Source: a bacterium
Lineage (GTDB): Bacteria; RBG-13-61-14; DATKZS01
Direction: 5' to 3'
Assembly: GCA_046484135.1 (NCBI GenBank)
Contig: JAWOBU010000175.1
Coordinates: 1 to 20,990 of the forward strand
Length of the DNA: 20,990 bases
The translations under genes were made by a program, and so were the position numbers. The notes beneath the pieces are model-generated. The model was not told the origin of the DNA and did no database searches. It saw only the letters and a list, made by a program, of their open reading frames with translations. Positions 1-8,369 of this stretch are shown piece by piece; position 1 is the first letter of the stretch, and every line of letters starts with the position of its first letter.

Positions 1-89
1 ACCTCAATGAAATTATTTCCCCTCGGGCCTCATGTCCACTCCACAGAAGCTGCAACAAGTACGTGCGGCTTTAGCCGCGAAGAAAGCCG

Positions 90-1523
90 TTATTTTATCT
101 TGCCCGGACACCTCCACCCGCCAAAGACCTCCTCCAGCTTCTTTGCCGCGGCCAGGGTCAAGTGGTCGCCGAACCGGCGGGAGACCACCTGCACGGATAC
201 CGGCACGCCGTCCGGTCGGTGGTATATGGGAATGATGGTGGCCGGAAAGCCCAGGATGTTGATAACACCCGAGTAGCCGATGCCGGGGAAATTTAGCCAG
301 ATGCGGGTGTGCCGGGGAGCGGGCACTGGAAACACCGGGCAGATCAGGACCCCGTTCTCCCCGAGCTTCTCCTCGATCATCTCCCTCATGCGGTCGGCCT
401 CCCCGAGGAGCTTCTGGTTTCGCTTTTTCAAAAGCTGGCCCGGCTTCTCGATAAGCGCGGCCCCCAGACCCGGCAGAGTCAGCTTGGATTGCCGAGCTAT
501 AAACTTCAAAAGCTCTTTGCCAAGCGGCACCGGCTCTCCGTCTCCCAGGCTTTTGGCCAGCGGGTCCGGGTTCTGGGCCATGCCCGCCTGCCAGATTTCC
601 AGGCTGTCCTCCATGCCTTCCGGACGCCAGTGCTCGACCGAAACACCCGTAGCGGCCAGCGCGCCCGCGGCCATGCTTACCGCCCGCCTGACCTCCGGGT
701 TCGGCCGGGACTCGCCGTTGTAGTCGAAGAAGAAGGCCTTGATTGACTTCAGGTCCACGCTCTCCGGCGCTGTCCATTCCGTCTCCACCGTAACCGGGTC
801 CTTTCCGTCCGGGCCGATGAGCAAGGGCATGATGTATGCCAGGTCCTCCACCTTCCGGCAGATGGGCCCGTAGGTGTTGTAGCGGGCCAGCTCGCCCTCC
901 GCCGACGGCCAGTGGCCGGTGCCGGGCACCAAGGTGGCGGTGTGCTTGTGTCCGGGGACCCCGCAAAAAGCGGACGGGTAGCGGATGGACCCGCCGATGT
1001 CGGCGCCCAGGCCGAAGGGAGAAGCCCCCGCTCCCACTATGGCGCCTTCTCCGCCGGAAGAGCCGCCGCAGGTGCGGGACGTGTCGTGCGGGTTGTTCGT
1101 CCTCCCAAAGACCGTGTTGTAGGTCTCGCACCACATCGAGGCCTCCGGAACATTGGTCTTGCCCAGGATGATGGCTCCAGCCTTCCGGACGCGCTCGACC
1201 ACCGTAGCGTCAAACTCGCCCACCCGGTTCCGGCGCGACCACACCCCTCCCACAAAAGGCATGTCCTTTACGGAAAGCGCGTCCTTTATGGTGCAAGGAA
1301 CACCGTGCAAAGGAGGAAGCTCTCCACCAGACTTTGCTTTCTCGTCCGCCTCCCGGGCCTCCTGCCGGGCCTCGTCAAAACGGTTCGATATCACCGCGTT
1401 AAGGTAAGGGTTCACCTCTTCGATCCGTTTGATATGAGACTCGACCAGGTCCGTCGAAGACACGGAACCCTCCCGCACCTTGGCCGCCATCTGTTTTACC
1501 GACATCGTGAAAAACTCTTCCAT
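90..1523 (-). CDS. Amidase-signature family amidase (FAAH2-like)
   Basis: 477 aa with LHGVPCTIKD (catalytic Lys), GGSSGGEG and GADIGGSIRYPS (Ser-cisSer-Lys triad). GGAGG RBS upstream. Confidence 0.93.
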   Translation of the reverse strand: MEEFFTMSVKQMAAKVREGSVSSTDLVESHIKRIEEVNPYLNAVISNRFDEARQEAREADEKAKSGGELPPLHGVPCTIKDALSVKDMPFVGGVWSRRNRVGEFDATVVERVRKAGAIILGKTNVPEASMWCETYNTVFGRTNNPHDTSRTCGGSSGGEGAIVGAGASPFGLGADIGGSIRYPSAFCGVPGHKHTATLVPGTGHWPSAEGELARYNTYGPICRKVEDLAYIMPLLIGPDGKDPVTVETEWTAPESVDLKSIKAFFFDYNGESRPNPEVRRAVSMAAGALAATGVSVEHWRPEGMEDSLEIWQAGMAQNPDPLAKSLGDGEPVPLGKELLKFIARQSKLTLPGLGAALIEKPGQLLKKRNQKLLGEADRMREMIEEKLGENGVLICPVFPVPAPRHTRIWLNFPGIGYSGVINILGFPATIIPIYHRPDGVPVSVQVVSRRFGDHLTLAAAKKLEEVFGGWRCPGKIK

Positions 1524-1560
1524 TAATAAGCCTCCCTTTTACTTCCCCTGATATCACTGA

Positions 1561-1582
1561 TGCGAGCGACTTCAGCCGCGAT
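1561..1582 (+). repeat. REP-like palindrome TGCGAGCGACTTCAGCCGCGAT
   Basis: 21/22 identical to 9998-10019; intergenic; GCGACT-TC-AG(T/C)CGC hairpin core. Confidence 0.7.
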
Positions 1583-1624
1583 GGATAACACTCGAACAGC
1601 TACTGTAATTTTTCCTATGACAAA

Positions 1625-3589
1625 TCACTTACTCTTTACCATCTTTTTTACAGTGTGCTTATCATAATCGAGCACGAGTTCATGCTCCCTGCATTGGATG
1701 CTCCACTTCAGGGAAAAACGCGGGACCTCGAGATATGGATTATGATAGCGGAACTCGCGCCGGAGCGGAACCGTTCTGCCGCGAACCCGGAAGGGGCCTT
1801 GCCAGCCGAACTCGATCATTCCCCGGCTTGGAGAATCGTACTCGACTTGCAAACCCTTGACCTTCAGAGGAGCCTTAAGTATCTCTTCCCGGAACGACTT
1901 GAAGCTTCCATTTTCCTCCGCGCTCCCGAGCTCGCAAATCCAGGCGTTCTCGAGGCCCGGCGCTATGAGCTCGCTGTCGGCATATTCTCCAAGCCGGTTG
2001 TAAAAAGTCGGTCTTGCCGAGTAGAGCGCGGCATAGGAGTCGCCTTTCCGTGCAAAGGTCCAACCGCCTTCTTGTTCGACCTCGTCAAAGGACTCACGCG
2101 GGAGCCAGGCATGGGAGTAGCCCGCCCGGTAGAGCTCGCCTATGGCAAGCTGCAATGGCGCATTGTAGAGCGCGACCAGCACGTTTTTATGCTGGGCCAC
2201 CCGTGGATTGGATGCGCTTCCGGTCCATCTGCCCGGCGAGCCTCCCGGGACCTTGCCGGGAAAGGTGGTGAAGATATAAGCGTCGTGTCCGAGGGTCGCC
2301 TTCCAGAACAGGTTCTGGGCGCCTATCTTTCCGGGCCGCTGATCGAGCACGCTCGAGAGCATGTAGTTTTTGGTGCGGTAGGTATAGGTGTTGGCCCCGT
2401 GCAGGAAGGCCCCTTCCGAGGCTATGTTCAGCTTGTTCATGACGGGCTCGAGCTCGGCCCGCTCGGACAGCCACACAACTGAGCTGGGCAGTCCCATAAA
2501 GAAGGTGTTGTCCCAGAGGTTCCACTCTTCCCACATCTTGGCGGTCAGGTCCATTACCTTGGGATGGGAGTACATGCCCATTCCCCAGAAGTACATGAGC
2601 GAGTCGGGGTCGTGATAAGAGATGCCGTGGTCGGGGGCCTCGGAGATATGGAGGCCGTGGGTCTGGTAGTTCTCCATGGTCCGGTCATCGCCGGCGATAC
2701 AATGGATGGCGTCGGGCGCTTCGTAGTCCGAGGTTGCCAGAGCCACTGCCGCGCTGTCGAGTTCGGCCAGGTCGCCGGTGTACTTGCGGTTTCCGAAAAG
2801 GATGTACATGACCTGTTTGAGATCGTCGCCGGATGCGTGAAGTATGGTACTTTCATAGGTCCTTCCATGGGTCGAGCTCATCTGTCCTTTATAGGAGTTG
2901 AGCGCCATGTTGAGCGCGAGCTGGTGGAGGATCATGCGGGCCCGCTTTCTTATGTCCGGCTCCGGCGCAAAGTCATTGAGGTTCAAAAGCGCGTAGAAGT
3001 CCTCGTCGTAGTAGGAGTTCGACAGCCACTCGGAAAACCCGAACCGCTCCCGCCAGGAGAACCAGCGCATGAGCAGCCGGCGTCCCTTTTCCCGGTGTTC
3101 TCTGCCGGTCATGCCGGTATTGGAAAACACCCGGTCCGGGAACAGGGACCCGGCCAGGTACTCGGCGGAGTGGAACAGCACCTGGTGGTTCTCCGACCAG
3201 TAGCACATGCTGTCGCGGCCCGGCTCGTCTATCCAGTACTTGAAGTCGAGGATGGCGCTGATCACCGCTTTTTTAACTTCCGGCTTCAGGGCGGGGTTGT
3301 CGTTATGAAGGTACATGAGCCGCAGGAAGCCGGCCATTCTGAAGTCGGCGCAGTCGTGCCGGTTGTTCACTCTATCGAGGTTGTGTTCGATATGAGTGAT
3401 CCGGAGAGGCCGGTTGGTTGAAAGCCGGGCCACCGCTCCGAAGGAGCCCTCCAGGTCGGGCGGAAGGCTGGAGAGGTACTGGGTCTTGCGGTAAGTAACC
3501 CCGGTGTCCTCGGGCAGGCCGCCCGCGGCCTGGATGAGAAGGAAAAAAACCAGGCAGGCAAAAACACGCGGCTTGAGTCTCTTTTTCAT
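1625..3589 (-). CDS. Secreted hypothetical protein, possibly heparinase II/III or polysaccharide-lyase-like fold
   Basis: 654 aa with basic-plus-hydrophobic N-terminus (MKKRLKPRVFACLVFFLLIQAAGG). Motifs WSENHQVLFHSAEYLAG, GFSEWLSNSYYDED and HGRTY. The fold is a guess. Confidence 0.8.
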   Translation of the reverse strand: MKKRLKPRVFACLVFFLLIQAAGGLPEDTGVTYRKTQYLSSLPPDLEGSFGAVARLSTNRPLRITHIEHNLDRVNNRHDCADFRMAGFLRLMYLHNDNPALKPEVKKAVISAILDFKYWIDEPGRDSMCYWSENHQVLFHSAEYLAGSLFPDRVFSNTGMTGREHREKGRRLLMRWFSWRERFGFSEWLSNSYYDEDFYALLNLNDFAPEPDIRKRARMILHQLALNMALNSYKGQMSSTHGRTYESTILHASGDDLKQVMYILFGNRKYTGDLAELDSAAVALATSDYEAPDAIHCIAGDDRTMENYQTHGLHISEAPDHGISYHDPDSLMYFWGMGMYSHPKVMDLTAKMWEEWNLWDNTFFMGLPSSVVWLSERAELEPVMNKLNIASEGAFLHGANTYTYRTKNYMLSSVLDQRPGKIGAQNLFWKATLGHDAYIFTTFPGKVPGGSPGRWTGSASNPRVAQHKNVLVALYNAPLQLAIGELYRAGYSHAWLPRESFDEVEQEGGWTFARKGDSYAALYSARPTFYNRLGEYADSELIAPGLENAWICELGSAEENGSFKSFREEILKAPLKVKGLQVEYDSPSRGMIEFGWQGPFRVRGRTVPLRREFRYHNPYLEVPRFSLKWSIQCREHELVLDYDKHTVKKMVKSK

Positions 3590-3628
3590 TTACAACTATA
3601 CGGCTCTATCACGCGGAAACGAAAGATA

Positions 3629-3645
3629 GAGGGGAAATGATTTCA
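3629..3645. promoter_or_regulatory. Operator-like motif GAGGGGAAATGATTTCA
   Basis: 16/17 identical to the reverse complement of 8-24; palindromic core GAAATNATTTC; 40 bp upstream of the 3589 start. Confidence 0.35.
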
Positions 3646-3721
3646 GTTTGCGCTTTCCATCGCTCCCGCTTTAAAAGCTTTCCGGTTCTCGCGGTTTTTT
3701 AGTACCTTTGCATTCATGATA

Positions 3722-3745
3722 GCCCACACAACTTGTTGTGTGGGC
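3722..3745. repeat. Perfect palindrome GCCCACACAAC-TT-GTTGTGTGGGC (REP-like or mRNA-stabilising hairpin)
   Basis: 11-bp perfect inverted repeat with 2-nt spacer, downstream of the symporter stop; no U-tract on either strand. Confidence 0.6.
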
Positions 3746-3809
3746 CGGCCGGACAAATCGCGAGCTCCCCCTCGTTTCCACCACCAGCATCATAAATTTT
3801 GTAAGAGGC

Positions 3810-5921
3810 TCAGATGATCTTCTCCACCACCACCTCTTCCCCGATCCGGAGCCGGCCGTAGTCAATGTAGTCCTTGGGAATCAATATAGTGCCCTCGTCC
3901 CGGTCGGTGATGGAAAGCCGCCCGTGCAAAGAACGGATGCCGCCCAGCCACCACCTCTTGTCGCAAACGTAAACCAGGTCGCCGTCCTTCGCTTTCAGCG
4001 TTTCCGCATCCGCGCCGGAAACCTGGACCAGGGCGGCTACCAGCGCCCCCGAGTCGTCCTCCATGACCTCCTCGCCCGCCTCCAGGGTCAGCCGGACCTT
4101 CTTACCCGGCTCCTCGTTCGGCTCCCTGCCTTTGAACATGAACTTGGCGGCCTGGACCGTGCCCACCCAGAAACCATTGATGGACTCCGGGTCCCGGGTG
4201 GGCCAGATGAACGAGCAGACCACCGCGAGCGCCGAGCACAGCATGAATCCGTAGAGCGCCCGCATGTAGTTGTAGCCGGTGCCGGGGTCCATGCCGTGGA
4301 TGTAGGCGAGCGGCTTGATCGTGTCCGGGAACATGAGACTGCCGAACATGAGCACGCCCCCCACTACCAGGGTCAGGAATGCCGCCCGGGGGGAGAACCG
4401 CTTCCATAGCACCGCAAAGACGATCACCACTATGATGGGCGGACTGATGGCCGCGGTAAAGGTGCCGTGGGCCACGTATATGGATTTGAACCGCATGTAG
4501 ATGGGCACCAGTGCAAGCCCTCCCATGGCGAAGACCACCGAGGCCACCCGGGCCATACGCAGGTAATGTTTGTCCGACCGGCCGGGCATGACAAAGGGCT
4601 TCCAGACGTCGGTGATTGCGATGGCTGACACTGCGTTTATCAGGGTGTCCACTGTGGACATGAGCGCCGCGGTAAGCGCGGCCAGGATAAGCCCGAAGAT
4701 GACGGGGTTCTTGATTATAAGGCTTGAGACGATCACGAAGATGTCGTTTGCGTCCTCGACGTTGCCCAGGATGCCGAAGGTGTCCATGGCCCGGCCCAGC
4801 CAGCCGGCATTGGCCACGGCAATGGCAGCCAGCGGCATGAGTATCAGCACCACCGCGGTGATGGCCTTCCTGCCCTCGTTCACGCTCTTGACCGCCAAAA
4901 ACCGCATGATGAGGCCCTGGTTCGCGAAGTAGAAGAACATGGAAGAGCCGAAGAAGTCCTGCCAGAAGATACCGGTCATTGGAAACTTGTTGGGATGGGC
5001 GAACCCGGAGAACGGGTACTGGTGCCCCTCGCCGGTGGCCAGCCCTTTCCAGAAAGCGGCCAAGCCGGACATTCCCTCGACCTCGACACCGAGGAAGTGG
5101 ATGCCGATCGCGAAAAGGGCCAGGCCGGCGATAAGAAGGAGCACGCCCTGTAAAAGGTCGGTCATAATCACCGCGGTCTGTCCGCCAAAGGTTACGTACA
5201 CCGCGGCGATAATGGCGATGATCAATGCCCAGGAGAACCGGGACAGGTAGGTCAGGTTGGACACACCCTGGGAGTAGAAACCTTCCGGCATAAGACCGGC
5301 CATTAGTGTTATGTCCGGCATGTTGCCCGCGCCCTGGATCACCGCGCTTTTGGGAACCGTGCCCGCCAGCACGGTAATAGCGGGCGACGACGCTATCCAT
5401 TCTCCCTGCATGTGCTGGGCCTCTGGCACGAACCCGGCCAGGAAGCTGTGCAAAGGCGCGATAGCGTTCATGGCCACTCCCAGTGTATACAGGTTGATGC
5501 CGATGTAGCCGATCATGTAGAGCATGATGAAGACCACGGCCGCGACGCGGGTGCGGGTGTCGAACCTCTTTTGCAGGTACTCGGGTATAGAGGTCACCCG
5601 CGAGTAATAGATAAGCGGCATCCAGCCCAAGACGAAAAGCGGGATCAAAAACCAGTCGTTCATGTAGGTCATGGTCGAGCTCATGCCGTAGCGATAGCCG
5701 GCGGCCGAGTACTTGATAAAGGAGTAGCTCCCCACCACGGTGGCCACGCAGGAGAAGGCGATGAGCCACCAGGAGAAGCGCTGGCCGGACACGAAGAAGT
5801 CGCGGGTGGTCTTGGTAAACCTTCCGAAGATGCCGCCGAACCCGAGCACTATGACAAAGTAAAGAACGATGACCACGTAGACCACGGTCATGTTAAGAGG
5901 CTGTTCTACATTGAAATCCAT
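3810..5921 (-). CDS. Sodium:solute symporter (SSS/SLC5) family protein with C-terminal soluble extension
   Basis: 703 aa, many TM helices, motifs DFFVSGQRFSWW, SIPEYLQKRF, YVTFGGQTAVIMTD and AALMSTVDTLINA. GGAG RBS. Confidence 0.93.
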   Translation of the reverse strand: MDFNVEQPLNMTVVYVVIVLYFVIVLGFGGIFGRFTKTTRDFFVSGQRFSWWLIAFSCVATVVGSYSFIKYSAAGYRYGMSSTMTYMNDWFLIPLFVLGWMPLIYYSRVTSIPEYLQKRFDTRTRVAAVVFIMLYMIGYIGINLYTLGVAMNAIAPLHSFLAGFVPEAQHMQGEWIASSPAITVLAGTVPKSAVIQGAGNMPDITLMAGLMPEGFYSQGVSNLTYLSRFSWALIIAIIAAVYVTFGGQTAVIMTDLLQGVLLLIAGLALFAIGIHFLGVEVEGMSGLAAFWKGLATGEGHQYPFSGFAHPNKFPMTGIFWQDFFGSSMFFYFANQGLIMRFLAVKSVNEGRKAITAVVLILMPLAAIAVANAGWLGRAMDTFGILGNVEDANDIFVIVSSLIIKNPVIFGLILAALTAALMSTVDTLINAVSAIAITDVWKPFVMPGRSDKHYLRMARVASVVFAMGGLALVPIYMRFKSIYVAHGTFTAAISPPIIVVIVFAVLWKRFSPRAAFLTLVVGGVLMFGSLMFPDTIKPLAYIHGMDPGTGYNYMRALYGFMLCSALAVVCSFIWPTRDPESINGFWVGTVQAAKFMFKGREPNEEPGKKVRLTLEAGEEVMEDDSGALVAALVQVSGADAETLKAKDGDLVYVCDKRWWLGGIRSLHGRLSITDRDEGTILIPKDYIDYGRLRIGEEVVVEKII

Positions 5922-5936
5922 AATGTTCTCCAGGAC

Positions 5937-6155
5937 CTATTTGGCAAAGTAAACCCAGACCGCGTGAACGGTCAGATACCCGGCAAAGCCCGCGAGAAGG
6001 AAAATGAACATCCGGCGGTCATAGGGATTTTTGATATCGGCAGCCCCCGGCCGGAAGCAAAGGTAGAGAGTGATGAAGAAAAACAGACCGCCGATGGTAT
6101 ACTGGTAGATAAGCTGAAGCCAGCGGCCGTCGTCCAAGGCCTGTATAACATCCAT
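5937..6155 (-). CDS. Small two-TM membrane protein, probable SSS accessory subunit
   Basis: 72 aa with two hydrophobic segments and a strong AAGGAGGT RBS; ends 15 bp before the SSS start. Confidence 0.8.
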   Translation of the reverse strand: MDVIQALDDGRWLQLIYQYTIGGLFFFITLYLCFRPGAADIKNPYDRRMFIFLLAGFAGYLTVHAVWVYFAK

Positions 6156-6255
6156 GCCACACCTCCTTCGAGTCGAATCGAGCCAATCTTACCACACCAT
6201 GTCGTTTTATCACAAGCCCGGCTTCGGCTATCCTCATAATCATGCCGGCGGACGG

Positions 6256-6261
6256 TATAAT
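6256..6261 (+). promoter_or_regulatory. Putative -10 box (TATAAT) for the MFS gene
   Basis: Exact TATAAT 27 bp before the ATG in a divergent intergenic region; no good -35 seen. Confidence 0.35.
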
Positions 6262-6288
6262 GTTATACTTTTTTAAGGAAGTTTTTGC

Positions 6289-7671
6289 ATGAGCGGAAGT
6301 GAAGATAAAGGGCTTAGAAGAACCGCGCTACTTACCGCGGCGCTCGCTTCATATGTCACGCCTTTTCTGGGCTCGGCCACCAATATCGCGCTGCCGGCCA
6401 TTGAAAAGGAGTTCCAGATTCACGCTGTGGTGGTAAGCTGGATACCCACCGCCTTTCTCCTGGCCGCGGCCATCTGCCTGGTCCCCTTCGGCAGGGTCTC
6501 GGACATCTTCGGTAGAAGAAGGGTCTTTGCCGCGGGCGCCGGAGTCTTTACCCTGGGCTCGGTAACCGCGGGTCTTTCTTTCTCCGAGTACATGCTGATC
6601 GCGGCCCGGGCCATGCAGGGCGCAGGCACGGCCATGATCTACGCCAACGCCATCTCCATCCTCACCACGGTTTTCCCGGCGGAGGAGCGGGGAAAGGTGC
6701 TCGGCATAAACGTCGCAGCGGTCTACACCGGCCTAGCCACCGGCCCTTTCCTCGGAGGGGTCCTTACCCAGTTTCTGAGCTGGCGCAGCGTGTTTTTGTT
6801 TACCGTGCCTTTGAGCCTCACCGTGCTTTTCATGGTGCTCGGGAAGTTCAAACAGGAATGGGCCCATGCAGGCGGAGAGAAATTCGATTTCGCCGGTACC
6901 GCCATTTACGCGGCCTCCATCACCTCGGTAATGGTCGGCATCTCCTACCTGCCGGACCTCTTCAGCGCCGCCCTTATAGGAGCGGGGCTCCTGGGCATGG
7001 TGATGTTCGTGCTTTTTGAAAGCCGGGTGAAAGACCCCGTGTTCGAGGTGTCCCTGTTCAAGACCAACCGACTGTTCGCGTTTTCCAACCTGGCCGCCCT
7101 GCTCCAGTACACCTCGACCTTTGGCGTGCCGTTCCTCTTGAGCCTGTTCCTCCAGCACGTCAAGGGATTCGGCGCCATGACCGCGGGGGCGATCCTGGTG
7201 GCCCAGCCGGTGGTCATGGCGTCCCTGTCTCCCTTTGCAGGCAAGCTCTCCGACCGGGTCGAGCCCCGGCTGGTCTGTACCATCGGCATGGCCTGCATCA
7301 CCCTGGGCATCTTTCTTTTGACCTTTATCGGGCCGGACGTATCAATCGTTCATATCATTGGCGCGCTCCTGGTGGTGGGTTTGGGCTACGCGTTTTTCTC
7401 CTCTCCCAACAACAACGCCATCATGAGCTCGGTCCAGAAGAGACAGTACGGCATCGCCTCCGGTACTATGGGGACCATGCGGGTCCTGGGGCAGATGACC
7501 AGCATGGGTGTGGCCACTATGTTGTTTGCTATCATAATCGGAAGGGTCCGGATATCCCCGGAAAGCCATCCGGAGTTTATCACGAGCGTCCAGGTAGCTT
7601 TTACCATTTTCTGCGCTCTCAGCTTCCTGGCCATGATAGCGTCCATATTTCGCGGCAGGGTCCGGGGCTGA
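6289..7671 (+). CDS. MFS transporter, 14-TM DHA2 (EmrB/QacA-like)
   Basis: 460 aa with motif A GRVSDIFGRRRVF and GKLSDRVEPR, plus GPFLGGVLT and FFSSPNNNAIM. Confidence 0.93.
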   Translation: MSGSEDKGLRRTALLTAALASYVTPFLGSATNIALPAIEKEFQIHAVVVSWIPTAFLLAAAICLVPFGRVSDIFGRRRVFAAGAGVFTLGSVTAGLSFSEYMLIAARAMQGAGTAMIYANAISILTTVFPAEERGKVLGINVAAVYTGLATGPFLGGVLTQFLSWRSVFLFTVPLSLTVLFMVLGKFKQEWAHAGGEKFDFAGTAIYAASITSVMVGISYLPDLFSAALIGAGLLGMVMFVLFESRVKDPVFEVSLFKTNRLFAFSNLAALLQYTSTFGVPFLLSLFLQHVKGFGAMTAGAILVAQPVVMASLSPFAGKLSDRVEPRLVCTIGMACITLGIFLLTFIGPDVSIVHIIGALLVVGLGYAFFSSPNNNAIMSSVQKRQYGIASGTMGTMRVLGQMTSMGVATMLFAIIIGRVRISPESHPEFITSVQVAFTIFCALSFLAMIASIFRGRVRG

Positions 7672-7847
7672 TAGAATCCTTCTTTAAGGAGGTCTAAAAA
7701 ATGAGGCTCCTGATGAAAGTCTGTGGGTGAAATGGACTTATCAGCAATACATTGCTTTGACAATTTCGGTTAGTGACAATGGTTTGTTCAATTAAGGAAT
7801 TACAATTCATAAAAAGCGCCGCTTCGGAGGACCAGTCCCCCGAACCC

Positions 7848-8094
7848 CCTGGGATTTTGGAGGCATGGCTCCGGTGGCCCATGGGTGTTGACATTGTTAC
7901 GGATGAAAGCCTAAGATGCTTTTGCTTTGCGAAATACTTTCCGCGCGAGCGAAGGGAACCGCGGTATCAGTCGCTCGCACCATATGCGTTATTTGAAGTT
8001 TGACGAGACGCCGGTGGCCCCTGGTGATGTAAAAGCCGGGAGCCACGTCTTTTACCGCCATGGGCCACCGGAGTAATGCCTGAAAAAATCCAAG
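7848..8094. repeat. Segment of about 250 bp bounded by long inverted repeats
   Basis: 7861-7884 AGGCATGGCTCCGGTGGCCCATGG matches the reverse complement of 8058-8081 at 22/24. The match extends imperfectly outward (CCTGGGATTTT vs AAAATCCAAGG). A third partial copy lies at 8011-8024. Confidence 0.85.
7888..7917 (+). promoter_or_regulatory. sigma70-type promoter TTGACA-N18-TAAGAT
   Basis: Consensus -35 at 7888-7893 and TAAGAT at 7912-7917, just inside the left inverted repeat. Confidence 0.5.
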
Positions 8095-8185
8095 GATGTG
8101 GGATGGAGTCAGCTTATATTCCACAAATTCGGTTCAACGTATTTTAGTGTGGGTGGATAGAAAAAGATGCGTTTATCGCTTTCAG

Positions 8186-8246
8186 GGCTTCCAGCGGGGA
8201 ACAGGGAAAAGGCCGGAACTGGCCCGGCCTCTCCCCGCTGGCAGCC
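8186..8246. other. Long GC-rich stem-loop
   Basis: GGCT-T-CCAGCGGGGA pairs with TCCCCGCTGG-C-AGCC; inner stem AGGCCGG/CCGGCCT. Confidence 0.7.
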
Positions 8247-8369
8247 GAGAATGCGGAAAACGCAAAAAACCTTTATAAGGAGCAACACAAATTCTGTCTC
8301 GCTCAAGTACATTGTTCAGTAACCCACTTTTAAATACGTTGACCCACAAATTCTTGCAAGGAGCCAAAA

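Noticed and set aside
7848..8094. Retron msr-msd (a1/a2 repeats plus hairpin) or 6S RNA
   Set aside because: No reverse transcriptase is adjacent, and the interior does not form the continuous rod with central bubble expected of 6S.
8195..8250. Cobalamin riboswitch (AACAGGGAA...CCGGAACTGGCCC upstream of a corrinoid gene)
   Set aside because: The GCCACTG/ACTGTA core and B12 box are missing, and the segment folds as a simple hairpin. An Infernal search with the cobalamin model would settle it.
7694..8367. Short ORFs of 60-76 aa in the MFS-DUF169 gap
   Set aside because: No convincing RBS or protein motif. The shared LRWPM text in two of them only reflects the DNA inverted repeat.
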